From positions 320,001-384,000 of the forward strand of contig CP009479.1 in assembly GCA_000965745.1 (NCBI GenBank): DNA of 64,000 nucleotides. Reading direction: 5' to 3'. This DNA comes from an uncultured archaeon (lineage in GTDB: Archaea > Thermoplasmatota > Thermoplasmata > Thermoplasmatales > Thermoplasmataceae). This document shows, one piece after another, positions 42,195 to 53,438 of this stretch. The position numbers and the translations under genes were made by a program. Below the pieces are notes generated by a model, which was not told the DNA's origin, ran no database searches, and saw only the letters and a program-made list of their open reading frames with translations. Position 1 is the first letter of the stretch; each line of letters begins with the position of its first letter.

Positions 42195-42791
42195 ATGAAG
42201 AGCGTGGAAGACCTCTACAAGAGGGCCCTGGAGCTTAAGAACAAGGGCATGTCGGATAAGGAGATATCAACGGAGCTTCACCTTTCCGTTAACACCGTTA
42301 CATGGCTCCTCAGTAAGGATTTCCTCAAGGAATCCTCCGTGCAGGATGTCAAGATCGGGTGGAGAAGTGCCGGCGTATTCGGCAACAGGATATACAACCT
42401 TTCAGAAGTTATAGCTGACATCATACAGGAAGAATCAATAATAGGCGACTATGAAGTCGACTCGATCCTCGGCGTTTCGATAAACGGCATTCCCTTCGCA
42501 ACAATGGTATCATTCATAATGGAGAGGGAAATCACCGTGTACAGGCCCCACCCCTCAAGGGAAGAGGGCTTTTTCAGCAGCAATTTTGCCGGAGTAAAGG
42601 GGAAGAACGTGGTCGTGCTGGACGATGTTGCCAGCACAGGCGAGACCCTCAAGAGGGCGATATTGGATGTCCAGAAAGCCGGAGGAAAAGTTGTCCTTGC
42701 CGTCGTCCTTGCATCCAAGATGGCAGGCGAGGAAATAAGCGGCGTCAGGGTAAGATCAATATTGAGGACAAGGCTGGTCGGAACTCAGTAG
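42195..42791 (+). CDS. gfcR: Transcriptional regulator GfcR (PyrE-like PRTase with HTH)
   Basis: [39 protein letters not shown]. Confidence 0.85.
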   Translation: MKSVEDLYKRALELKNKGMSDKEISTELHLSVNTVTWLLSKDFLKESSVQDVKIGWRSAGVFGNRIYNLSEVIADIIQEESIIGDYEVDSILGVSINGIPFATMVSFIMEREITVYRPHPSREEGFFSSNFAGVKGKNVVVLDDVASTGETLKRAILDVQKAGGKVVLAVVLASKMAGEEISGVRVRSILRTRLVGTQ

Positions 42792-42800
42792 GTTTTTGAA

Positions 42801-44315
42801 ATGCACTGGGCAGACGCGTTCGTCAGGAATCTTAGCGGAGATCAGATCTTCTCCACCGGAATATCGCCTTCGGGCCCCATTCACGTGGGCAACATGAGGG
42901 AAATACTCACTGGAGACATACTTTACAAGGCTGCAGTTGACAGGGGACTCATGAGCAGGTTCATGTACCTCTGCGACGACCTCGATCCACTCAGGAAGGT
43001 ATACCCGTTCCTCCCCGATACCTATGAGGAACATGTGGGAAAGCCGCTGAGCAGGATACCTGCTCCACAGGGGGAAGGAACGTACTCCGAGTATTTTCTC
43101 AGGCCTTTCCTCGAGACCCTTGATGTGATAAACGTCAGCGTGGAGGTCGTCAGGACAACTGACCTGTACGACCGGGGAGTTTTCGCGGAAGCCATTGACG
43201 TGGTCATGAGGAGGAAGAATGATGTGGCGCGCATTCTGGAAGAGATATCAGGCAGGGCAGTAGGAAAGGACTGGTACCCATACAACCCGTTGTGCAGCAA
43301 TTGCGGGAGAATAACAAAGGCGAAGGTTGAGTGGTACAGGTTCCCTGAAGTCGGCTACAGGTGCCAGTGCGGCCATGAAGGCGTCTCAGATATAAGGAAG
43401 GCAGAGGGGAAGATGCCCTGGAGAGTGGAATGGCCTGCCAAGTGGTATGCACTCGGAGTCACGGTGGAGCCTTTTGGCAAGGACCACGGCGTCAAGGGAG
43501 GGTCATACGACACAGGCAAGGGCATTATGGAAGAAATATTTGGGGCAAAGGCCCCCGAACCACTCATCTACGAGCACATCTTCCTCAAGGGAAAGGGTGC
43601 AATGCATTCATCGACCGGAGTGGTGATAGATGCCGCAGACATGGTGAAATTTGCCCCACCGCAGATACTCAGGTTCCTGGTGGCAAGGTCACAGCCTTCC
43701 AGGCACATAATGTTTGATCCAGGGGCGGGCCTTCTCAACCTCATAGACGAGTATGAAAAATACGAGAACCTGTATGCCTCAGGAGGAGAGCTGGACGAGG
43801 ATGCGAGAAGGGCGTACGAGCTTTCGAGGCTTGAGCAGAGCACGGAGAAACTGAGCAGCATAGGTTTCAGGCACCTTGTAACTCTTGTACAGATATACCC
43901 GCGTGAAGGGGATCTCCTCGAGGCCCTCCGCAGAACAGGGGAGGGTCTGGATGAAATAACCCCTGTCGTCCGCTCAAACATCGATGCAATAAGGAGATGG
44001 CTGGACAGGTACGCACCAGACAACGTGAAATTCAGCCTGCTTGAACCACATGAGAAAGTGGTCATCAATGATCAGGAAAGAAAGCTGATCGCCGGATTCC
44101 TTGAATCCGCAGGCAGCATCCAGTGGACGCCTGAGGCAATACACGACATGATACACGAGCTTATCAGGAACTCAGGAATGCAGCCAAAGTCCGGTTTCGC
44201 CGCTTTCTACAGGGTGCTTGTCGGAAAGGAGAGGGGGCCGAGGCTTGGGTACTTCCTTTCAACCCTTGGCAGGGAATTCACAATGAACAGGCTCTCTTCT
44301 GCAATCAACATGTAA
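42801..44315 (+). CDS. lysS: Class I lysyl-tRNA synthetase
   Basis: MHWAD, GISPSGPIHVGN, GKDH, MHSS, GPRLG. Confidence 0.97.
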   Translation: MHWADAFVRNLSGDQIFSTGISPSGPIHVGNMREILTGDILYKAAVDRGLMSRFMYLCDDLDPLRKVYPFLPDTYEEHVGKPLSRIPAPQGEGTYSEYFLRPFLETLDVINVSVEVVRTTDLYDRGVFAEAIDVVMRRKNDVARILEEISGRAVGKDWYPYNPLCSNCGRITKAKVEWYRFPEVGYRCQCGHEGVSDIRKAEGKMPWRVEWPAKWYALGVTVEPFGKDHGVKGGSYDTGKGIMEEIFGAKAPEPLIYEHIFLKGKGAMHSSTGVVIDAADMVKFAPPQILRFLVARSQPSRHIMFDPGAGLLNLIDEYEKYENLYASGGELDEDARRAYELSRLEQSTEKLSSIGFRHLVTLVQIYPREGDLLEALRRTGEGLDEITPVVRSNIDAIRRWLDRYAPDNVKFSLLEPHEKVVINDQERKLIAGFLESAGSIQWTPEAIHDMIHELIRNSGMQPKSGFAAFYRVLVGKERGPRLGYFLSTLGREFTMNRLSSAINM

Positions 44316-44385
44316 AAGGTATATAATTGTGCCCCATTCCAGACTGTAATACAAGCCAATAACTGTCACGGAGGGAATATAAGAC

Positions 44386-46509
44386 TTGAAAATACTGGTG
44401 AACTGCGCACTCCCCTATGCAAACGGACCCCTGCACCTGGGCCACATCGCAGGTGCATACCTTGGGGCGGACATATTTGTAAGATTTCAGAGAATGAGAG
44501 GAAATGAGGTCCTGTTCGTTTCGGGCAGCGACGAGCACGGCACCCCGATAACCATGAGGGCGGACAGGGAGAATACCACTCCCGCAAGCATAGCTGACCG
44601 TTATTACAGGGAGCATTCCGAGACCTTCAGGAACCTCGGGATCGATTTCAGCATCTTCTCCAGGACAACCACCAAAGTGCACGCTGAAACTGTGAGGGAA
44701 ATTTTCCTGGAGCTAATGGACGGTGGCCTCCTTACCGAGAAGACGATGATATCCCCGTTCTGCCCGGGCTGCAACAGGTTCATGCCCGACAGGTACATCA
44801 CAGGAACCTGCCCCAACTGCGGCTTTGAAGAGGCAAAGGGCGACCAGTGCGACGAGTGCGGCAAGATCCTTGATCCCCAGGACCTGATAAGCCCGAAATG
44901 CGCAGTTTGCGGGACAGTCCCGGAATTCAGGGAGACAAAGCACATGTTCCTGAGGCTGGACCTCCTGCAGGACGGGATCCTGAAGTGGCTTGACACCAGG
45001 ACATTCTGGAAGCAGAACGTCCTCACATTCACGAAGAACTTCGTAAAAGGCGGCCTGAAAGAGAGGGCCATAACCAGGGATATCGAGTGGGGCGTGCCTG
45101 TTCCGCTTGAGGGCTATGAGAACAAGAGAATATATGTCTGGTTCGAGGCCCTTATCGGATACATATCGGCAGCAAAGATCTATTCAGAGAAGATCGGAGA
45201 CCCTGGCTACTGGAAATCCTTCTACATGGACCCGGAAGTGAGGAACTACTATTTCATCGGGAAGGACAACATACCGTTCCACAGCATAGTCTGGCCGGGC
45301 ATGATAATGGGCCTGAAGGGCATAAACCTCCCCTATGAGGTGGTGGCCAACGAATTCCTCAGGTTCAAGGGGAAACAGTTCTCCAAGAGCAGAGGCATAG
45401 GATTCACGGCCAATGAGATGCTGAACCTTGCTGGCAGGGATTACCTGAGATACTACCTTTCATCAATACTGCCGGAGAGCAGCGATGCTGATTTCTCGCC
45501 TGAGGATATGGCGGAAAAGGTCAATTCAGAGTACATCGACAAGTACGGGAATTTCATACACAGGGTCACGAGCTTTGCTTTCAACAATTCCCTGAAACTG
45601 GGCAAAGGGGAACTGGACGGGGACGACAGCATGATCCTGGAATACGCTGAAAAGAAGTTCACGCAATACTCCGGGAGGCTGGAGCGTGCAGAGGTCAAGA
45701 GGGCACTGCTGGAGTGGCTCGAGCTGGTGAAGGAGTCAAACGTATACTTCAACAGCTCAAAACCATGGGACCTGGTGAAGACAGACCTGAACAGGTGCAG
45801 CTCAAAGCTCTGGGTAGCATACAAGCTTGCACAGTACATGACGGTGATGGTATACCCCTTCACGCCGGATTCTGCAGTAAAGATGCTCTCCCGGCTTGGA
45901 GTCTCCCGGGAGGTTGAGAAAGCGGGATTCGATCTGCTGAAGAACGATGAGTTCACCATACCGGTTGAAAAACCTGCAAAACCCTTCAACAAGATGGAGT
46001 TTGAAGACGTGAACCCCAATCCGCTTGACCTCAGGGTTGCGAAGATAGTGGAGGCGAAGGATCATCCCAACGCGGATGCCCTGTATGTGATGAAACTGTC
46101 CGTTGGAGGCGAGGAGAGGCAGCTTGTTGCAGGCCTCAAGAAGCACTACAGCACCGAGGAGCTCATGGGCAGGAAGATCATCATAGTTGCAAACCTGAAA
46201 AAGGCAAAGTTAAGGGGAGAGGTATCCGAAGGGATGATGCTTGCAGCCGATGACGGCGATAGCGTCAAGTACCTCACTGTCCCGGATGAGATTCCGGAGG
46301 GGTCGAAGGTCAGCATAGGGGACTACGGCTACAACGGCACGGGGCAGATAGAGCTCAAGACGCTACAGGCGCTCGGGCTGAAGGTAAAAAAAGTAGACGG
46401 CCAGTTCAGGGCATCTGCTACACTCATGGACCATAACTATTTCCTGAACACAGGCGGGAAATTCGTTGAAGTGTCTGGGGAAAGCAGGGATGGGGCGACG
46501 ATCAAATAA
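44386..46509 (+). CDS. metG: Methionyl-tRNA synthetase
   Basis: ALPYANGPLHLGH, QFSKS, C-terminal tRNA-binding OB domain. Confidence 0.97.
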   Translation: MKILVNCALPYANGPLHLGHIAGAYLGADIFVRFQRMRGNEVLFVSGSDEHGTPITMRADRENTTPASIADRYYREHSETFRNLGIDFSIFSRTTTKVHAETVREIFLELMDGGLLTEKTMISPFCPGCNRFMPDRYITGTCPNCGFEEAKGDQCDECGKILDPQDLISPKCAVCGTVPEFRETKHMFLRLDLLQDGILKWLDTRTFWKQNVLTFTKNFVKGGLKERAITRDIEWGVPVPLEGYENKRIYVWFEALIGYISAAKIYSEKIGDPGYWKSFYMDPEVRNYYFIGKDNIPFHSIVWPGMIMGLKGINLPYEVVANEFLRFKGKQFSKSRGIGFTANEMLNLAGRDYLRYYLSSILPESSDADFSPEDMAEKVNSEYIDKYGNFIHRVTSFAFNNSLKLGKGELDGDDSMILEYAEKKFTQYSGRLERAEVKRALLEWLELVKESNVYFNSSKPWDLVKTDLNRCSSKLWVAYKLAQYMTVMVYPFTPDSAVKMLSRLGVSREVEKAGFDLLKNDEFTIPVEKPAKPFNKMEFEDVNPNPLDLRVAKIVEAKDHPNADALYVMKLSVGGEERQLVAGLKKHYSTEELMGRKIIIVANLKKAKLRGEVSEGMMLAADDGDSVKYLTVPDEIPEGSKVSIGDYGYNGTGQIELKTLQALGLKVKKVDGQFRASATLMDHNYFLNTGGKFVEVSGESRDGATIK

Positions 46510-46662
46510 AGGTAATATTTAATCGTCTTGTTCACAATACGATTTCATTACCGGGATCATACTGATTTCGTCAATCAGGCAACATGTATCATCGATGTGG
46601 CGATGTCCCTCAACATTTAGGTCAAAAAATTTAATATCGAGATTTTAATATCACATCTCCCA

Positions 46663-46851
46663 ATGATTTTTATGACATTCACTAAATTTGAAAAAGCAAG
46701 GATTATCGGAGCGCGAGCTTTGCAGATTGCCATGGGTGCCCCGGTTATAATAGATGTCCCCAGCAACCTTATAGATCCTGTTGATATCGCCATGCTTGAA
46801 TTCGAGAACAATGTCATACCAATTACCATAAAGAGGGCAGAATCCTCATAA
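46663..46851 (+). CDS. rpoK: RNA polymerase subunit Rpo6
   Basis: [21 protein letters not shown]. Confidence 0.95.
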   Translation: MIFMTFTKFEKARIIGARALQIAMGAPVIIDVPSNLIDPVDIAMLEFENNVIPITIKRAESS

Positions 46852-47219
46852 CACCATTGAGGGCACATTTTCCTAAAGCATTGTAATTTTCCATAAGTTT
46901 TCTTCAATTTTGACCGTGGGTTTGCATTATCATGGGTGTTGTATATTAAAACCCAGAATTATCCAATAATTAGCAGGCTCGCGAAACAGTTAAATAGATT
47001 TTAGTTATAAGGGACATTACGCACTAAAAGTGTAGGAATATAACACTAATAGCCAGCCAACAAGGCGGGTAAGGGACAATGCTAAGTGCATATGTGTGAA
47101 CTATACCATTCCAAGGCTGGTAAATATGAGGTTGTGAGTTTATGCTCACTTCTGAGAGGGAAAGGTGCAAACTATGGCTCGCCAATTTCTCAATAATATT
47201 GTGCAAATGACAGGAATTA

Positions 47220-48689
<1,470 letters not shown>

Positions 48690-48818
48690 AAGACACGGCG
48701 AGCCATAGGCACACTCAATCCCTTTATATTCCAACCACTAGTGCACATTTATTCATAATCCATACTTTGCTCGAAAGAGTTTTATTTATTATTCTACTTA
48801 AGTGAGGTAAGGTTTAAT

Positions 48819-49040
48819 ATGTCCTTTGACGAAAAGGCAATGGAAATCCAGGATAAAGTTGAGAGAAGATTCTCAAATCTTGGGAAAGGCAAATATTCGA
48901 GGCTGCTCAGAATGGCCAAAAAACCGGACAGAGACGAGTATATCAAAGTCCTGCTCATTACAGGCGCCGGTATAATACTGCTCGGGCTTCTTGGGTTTTT
49001 TATATATCTTATGATGGGATATTATTTCAAAATACCATAG
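48819..49040 (+). CDS. secE: Protein translocase SecE/Sec61-gamma
   Basis: YSRLLRMAKKPDRDEY...GLLGFFIY. Confidence 0.93.
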   Translation: MSFDEKAMEIQDKVERRFSNLGKGKYSRLLRMAKKPDRDEYIKVLLITGAGIILLGLLGFFIYLMMGYYFKIP

Positions 49041-49051
49041 GTGAATCTTAA

Positions 49052-49933
49052 ATGCAGAATGCTAATGAAAACCAGTTTGAATGGATAAACTTCGAAGTTT
49101 CTGATGTGAAGAAGGGCAGTGGCAGAAAAGAAGATGTGCCTATACTGCTCAGGAACATTCAGAGCAAGAAGAGAAAATTTTCAATAAATATTCAGGTTGA
49201 ATTCGAGGAGAGAGATCCCCTGATAGAGTGGTTTTTTACTGTCGATGCCGGCAAGGCCAAGGATTACACACTCTCACCCAATGACAATTCCCCGATTACT
49301 GAAGAAGTGGAGCTCGATGCCCATCAGACGAAGAAAATAACACTTAACGTCACTACTCCGAAAGGTGGGTACATGGGAGATAAGGCTATCCTGACGGTCA
49401 AGATTGATTCCGAGGATGGTGTCCACTCGCTTACAAAGACTTTCAGCGTTACGATATCCCCTATAATTGTCGCCCTCAAGACAACCGTGGGGAACGAGAT
49501 ACCGGTTTCCCGCGACCTTGTCAATAGGGCTCAGAGAGACAAGGAGGAAAGGATGGAGACCAACCCGAATGCCATAAGCGAAATACTAGCAGTAATGTCT
49601 CCCTTCGAAGTCAAGGGGTACGTGTTCGTTGAGGCCATGCACTCCGATAGGATAGCATACATAGCCAGGGGGATAAGGGGCTTCAAGGGAATCGTCCAGG
49701 GAGATATTGATCTAGAGGAAATAGTGCACTACCTCACACCGAAACCAGCAGTCACCGGTCTTGAAATTGGGGCGTTTGTCGAGCTGATTGATGGGCCGTT
49801 CAAGGGGGAGAAAGCCAAGATTACATTCATAGACGCCGGAAAGGAGGAAGTTACAGTCCAGCTTATAGAATCAATGGTCCCAATACCTGTAACAGTCAAG
49901 GCAGAAGCAATCAGGATGCTTGACAAGAAATAG
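49052..49933 (+). CDS. spt5: Transcription elongation factor Spt5 with N-terminal extension
   Basis: NGN (KTTVGNE, KGYVFVEA) and KOW (VELIDGPFKGEKA) domains. Confidence 0.92.
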   Translation: MQNANENQFEWINFEVSDVKKGSGRKEDVPILLRNIQSKKRKFSINIQVEFEERDPLIEWFFTVDAGKAKDYTLSPNDNSPITEEVELDAHQTKKITLNVTTPKGGYMGDKAILTVKIDSEDGVHSLTKTFSVTISPIIVALKTTVGNEIPVSRDLVNRAQRDKEERMETNPNAISEILAVMSPFEVKGYVFVEAMHSDRIAYIARGIRGFKGIVQGDIDLEEIVHYLTPKPAVTGLEIGAFVELIDGPFKGEKAKITFIDAGKEEVTVQLIESMVPIPVTVKAEAIRMLDKK

Positions 49934-49941
49934 GACATCTG

Positions 49942-51345
49942 ATGAAGCTTAAAGTTGGTTCCAAGGAGAAAGAGAGGAAGTTTCTGCAACATCTCAACAA
50001 ATACTTCGAGGATCCTGCTTCAATTCTGCCGGACTGCATGGACAAAGGTTTCCTTTGCCCCTTCGAGTCCTACCGGAAAAAGATTGATGCCACAGGCAAT
50101 TATGAAAAATACTCCAGATCGGCTGACCAGTTTCTCAGCGCCCTTGGTGAGACTAAGAAGATCATAGAGTCCGACTCCGCCCCAATTCTAGGGTTCATAA
50201 CAACACCATACGGGAATGTGGAGTATGCCAAGAGAGGCAATGCAGATCCCGCTGTCCTTGCCGGGCTCCAGCACTATGACAATGAGATATGGAGGATGCT
50301 TGCATTTTCATCACTGGCGAAGTCGAAAAAGGCGAGGGTCTACTCTTCCAGGAACTTCTATCTGGCCTCGTGCAAAAACAGCGGACCCGGAATAGAGTTT
50401 TTCCAGGATGTATTTGAGGAGCATGGAATCCAGCATTCTGTTTCTGATGGCATCATAGAGATAGGCGACTCCGGGAAGAGCATGGTCGTGACGCACTTCT
50501 CGGGACAGGCAGTAAGGATCTATGAAAACAGCCAGGGAAGCACCCTGCATATACTGATCAGGCACTTCCTCACGAAGGATTACTATTCTGATTTCTCAAT
50601 ATCAAGCGACTATCTTGAAGATTTTGTGAAGACCGTCCCTGAGGATGCGACTGCTTCATATTTCAACGGGAAGATTGATGACAGGCAGATGATCAAGAAG
50701 ATAGCCAGGCACAGAATTGACGAGGCTGTGGGCCAGGGAATGTACGTCATTGGGGACATGTGCTATACCGATTCCGATGAGTTCATTTCACAATTTACTG
50801 ATGATGCGATCTCTCCTGAGCTCCTCAGGGACCCGGTGGAGGAGTACGGCAAAGGCATATATCTGGAGACAGGAAGCACAAGAAAGCTCCTCGAGATACT
50901 GTGGCAGAAAAGTGGAGACAGGATAATCAAGAAGATGTTCCCTGATATGGATGACGGGAAGATAAAATCGCTTAAGGGCAGTCCAATGGACAGGATCGAG
51001 AGTGCTAGGAAGCTGTATAATTCAGATGAGATAGAGTCCTCTTTCGATGTTGAGCCTTGGTCAAAAAATGCGCAGTACCTGGTGGATCTCCTGAAGAAAT
51101 ACCACAAGGAAGGTAAAGACAATGCCATCAGAGAAGGGGAGAGAATGCTCACAAATTCCCCCATAGTGAAGGCCATATATTACGGGTTCCTGGAATCGGT
51201 TGGCGAGACCGAAAATAAGGAGTGGATGTTCACTCCGAACGAGATTGATCTTGGAACGAAGATGAAAGACCTGATAAGAGAGCTACTTACAAACGTCAGT
51301 GAAGTGAATGAGAAAATTGTTAACCTGAAGTCGTACATACCGTGA
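49942..51345 (+). CDS. Hypothetical protein
   Basis: 467-aa ORF tightly packed in the operon. Confidence 0.8.
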   Translation: MKLKVGSKEKERKFLQHLNKYFEDPASILPDCMDKGFLCPFESYRKKIDATGNYEKYSRSADQFLSALGETKKIIESDSAPILGFITTPYGNVEYAKRGNADPAVLAGLQHYDNEIWRMLAFSSLAKSKKARVYSSRNFYLASCKNSGPGIEFFQDVFEEHGIQHSVSDGIIEIGDSGKSMVVTHFSGQAVRIYENSQGSTLHILIRHFLTKDYYSDFSISSDYLEDFVKTVPEDATASYFNGKIDDRQMIKKIARHRIDEAVGQGMYVIGDMCYTDSDEFISQFTDDAISPELLRDPVEEYGKGIYLETGSTRKLLEILWQKSGDRIIKKMFPDMDDGKIKSLKGSPMDRIESARKLYNSDEIESSFDVEPWSKNAQYLVDLLKKYHKEGKDNAIREGERMLTNSPIVKAIYYGFLESVGETENKEWMFTPNEIDLGTKMKDLIRELLTNVSEVNEKIVNLKSYIP

Positions 51346-51353
51346 GGGACCAG

Positions 51354-51824
51354 ATGCCTAAACACTTTATATCAAAAAAAGAGCTTAAAAGCCTGAAGGA
51401 CAGGGTGGATCAGCTTGGGCTGGATCCTGAGACCCTGGCTAATGTTGAAGTGGAAGAGATTAAGGACGAAAAGTGCTATTTTGTTGACAAGAAGCCATTC
51501 ATCTATGAAAAGGGGAAGGAAGCATTCGTTCCAACCCTGTTCTTGCTGAATGAAGCCAGGCCCTCCGCCGCTTATGTCAGCGTTGATGATGGTGCAGTGC
51601 CGCACGTCATGAACGGGGCAAACGTTTTTGCCCAGGGGATCACCGAGATTGACATGAAAGTCAAGACTGGCGACATGGTGTTCGTAAGGAACAAGGACGG
51701 CATATTCCTTGCAGTGGGAATAGCAGAAAGAGATGCCCGGGAAATCATGGAAAACAGGAAAGGGGAAGCTGTCAAGCTGATACATTACCCGGACGACAGA
51801 ATCTTCAAGACCTTTTACAAGTAG
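51354..51824 (+). CDS. PUA-domain RNA-binding protein (MCT-1-like)
   Basis: VDDGAVPHVMNGANVFAQGI...KGEAVKLIHYPDD. Confidence 0.88.
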   Translation: MPKHFISKKELKSLKDRVDQLGLDPETLANVEVEEIKDEKCYFVDKKPFIYEKGKEAFVPTLFLLNEARPSAAYVSVDDGAVPHVMNGANVFAQGITEIDMKVKTGDMVFVRNKDGIFLAVGIAERDAREIMENRKGEAVKLIHYPDDRIFKTFYK

Positions 51825-51870
51825 GCAGGCATACCATAACACTTATCATCGGAAAGCTTATAATATCCCC

Positions 51871-52329
51871 ATGGTAGATTTACTGAGCATAGGGACAAAA
51901 GCTCCTGATTTTCATTCCGTGGATCAGGAAGGCAAAGAGATTAGCCTCAGCCATTTCAAGGGAAGGCCCGTCATACTTTATTTCTATCCCAAAGATGATA
52001 CTCCCGGCTGCACCAAGGAAGCATGCAACTTCAGGGACAACTACTCGCAGTATGAGGCCAGGGGAGTGAAGGTCCTCGGCGTCAGTGTTGACGATCAGGA
52101 ATCGCACAGGAAATTTGCAGAAAAATACAACCTGAATTTCACACTCGTTGCGGACGATTCAAAGGATATCTCGCGGAAATACGGAGCCCTTGGAGACAAC
52201 GTTGCAAAGAGAGTCACCTATATCATTGACAAGGAAGGTTCGATAGCTCACGTTTACCCAAATGTGAATCCGGACCAGCACTCAGATGAAGTTATGGCCA
52301 AGCTGCAGGACCTTAGGCTTGTCAGTTAG
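51871..52329 (+). CDS. bcp: Peroxiredoxin BCP
   Basis: YFYPKDDTPGCTKEAC. Confidence 0.92.
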   Translation: MVDLLSIGTKAPDFHSVDQEGKEISLSHFKGRPVILYFYPKDDTPGCTKEACNFRDNYSQYEARGVKVLGVSVDDQESHRKFAEKYNLNFTLVADDSKDISRKYGALGDNVAKRVTYIIDKEGSIAHVYPNVNPDQHSDEVMAKLQDLRLVS

Positions 52330-52371
52330 CTAGAGAAAAAATCAATAAATATTGAGAAGGCTTTGATGGTT

Positions 52372-52824
52372 ATGGCAGAACAACTTGAAACTGGAACCAA
52401 GGCTCCGGATTTTGAATCTGTTGATCAGAACGGAAACCCCGTCAAACTGAGCGACTACGACGGAAAAGTGCGTGTTGTTTACTTCTATCCCAGGGATAAT
52501 ACCCCTGGCTGCACCAAGGAAGCATGCAACTTCAGGGATAATTATGAAGAGTACGAGAAGAATGGCATAAAGGTATTCGGAATTAGTGTCGACTCAGAAA
52601 AATCACACAAGAATTTCGCGGACAAGTACGAGCTAAACTTCACGCTGGTAGCCGACAAGTCAAAGGAAATATCTGAGAAGTACGGTGTTCTTGGGGTTTC
52701 TTCAGCAAGAAGAGTCACGTACCTCATAGACAGAGAAGGTACAATAGCTCATGTTTACCCCAAGGTAAGCCCAAAGGAGCACGCTACTGAGGTCCTTAAG
52801 AAAATTGAAGAACTCGGTCTCTGA
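52372..52824 (+). CDS. bcp: Peroxiredoxin BCP (tandem paralog)
   Basis: YFYPRDNTPGCTKEAC. Confidence 0.92.
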   Translation: MAEQLETGTKAPDFESVDQNGNPVKLSDYDGKVRVVYFYPRDNTPGCTKEACNFRDNYEEYEKNGIKVFGISVDSEKSHKNFADKYELNFTLVADKSKEISEKYGVLGVSSARRVTYLIDREGTIAHVYPKVSPKEHATEVLKKIEELGL

Positions 52825-52924
52825 CCATTTTATTTTCATTGTTGCCTGAAAGTACTGGCAGAGGCAACACAGCATCCCTTCCACTAAAGTGAGGCGGAAT
52901 TGCTTTGCCGTTTAAAGAAATATA

Positions 52925-53101
52925 TTATGTAGTTTTATTGCCAGTCTGCATCGAAAGAACAGACAGGATTATAGAAGACATAATCCAGACTATGGATACT
53001 ATTAGCAATAGCGGATTTGGATCTACCCAGGCCGCAACGATGAATAATGCTGCGGGGAGAAGATACTTTATCACTCCCCAAAAAAAAGGATAAAAATCCA
53101 T
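52925..53101 (-). CDS. 58-aa two-TM membrane protein (below the ORF-track cutoff)
   Basis: MDFYPFFWGVIKYLLPAALFIVAAWVDPNPLLLIVSIVWIMSSIILSVLSMQTGNKTT; ATG 3 nt after the rpl12 stop. Confidence 0.65.
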   Translation of the reverse strand: MDFYPFFWGVIKYLLPAALFIVAAWVDPNPLLLIVSIVWIMSSIILSVLSMQTGNKTT

Positions 53102-53104
53102 GGA

Positions 53105-53419
53105 TCATCCGAAAAGTGAGCTCAGACCTTCCATGGCCTCTTCTTCAGAGACTTCTTCCTTCTTCTCTTCTTTCTTTTCCTCTTTCTTCTTTTCCTTCTT
53201 CTCAGCCGGTGCAGCCTGTGGGGCAGCTGGTGCTACCGCAGCTGCTGCAGCGTTTTTAAGGACTTCTTCAATCTTGACCCCTTTCAGGCTTGAAACAAGT
53301 GTTTTGAGTCTTGCTTCATCTGATGAGACGCCAGCTTCTGCCAGAACCTTCTTCAAGTTCTCCTCGTCTATTTCCTTTCCGGCTGAATGAAGCAGCAAAG
53401 CTCCGTATATATATTCCAT
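53105..53419 (-). CDS. rpl12: 50S ribosomal protein P1/L12
   Basis: [11 protein letters not shown]...GLSSLFG. Confidence 0.97.
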   Translation of the reverse strand: MEYIYGALLLHSAGKEIDEENLKKVLAEAGVSSDEARLKTLVSSLKGVKIEEVLKNAAAAAVAPAAPQAAPAEKKEKKKEEKKEEKKEEVSEEEAMEGLSSLFG

Positions 53420-53438
53420 ATTTTCTTACCTCCTTACG

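Noticed and set aside
46550-46610. Possible C/D box sRNA on the minus strand
   Set aside because: Boxes are degenerate and the guides too short to support a call.
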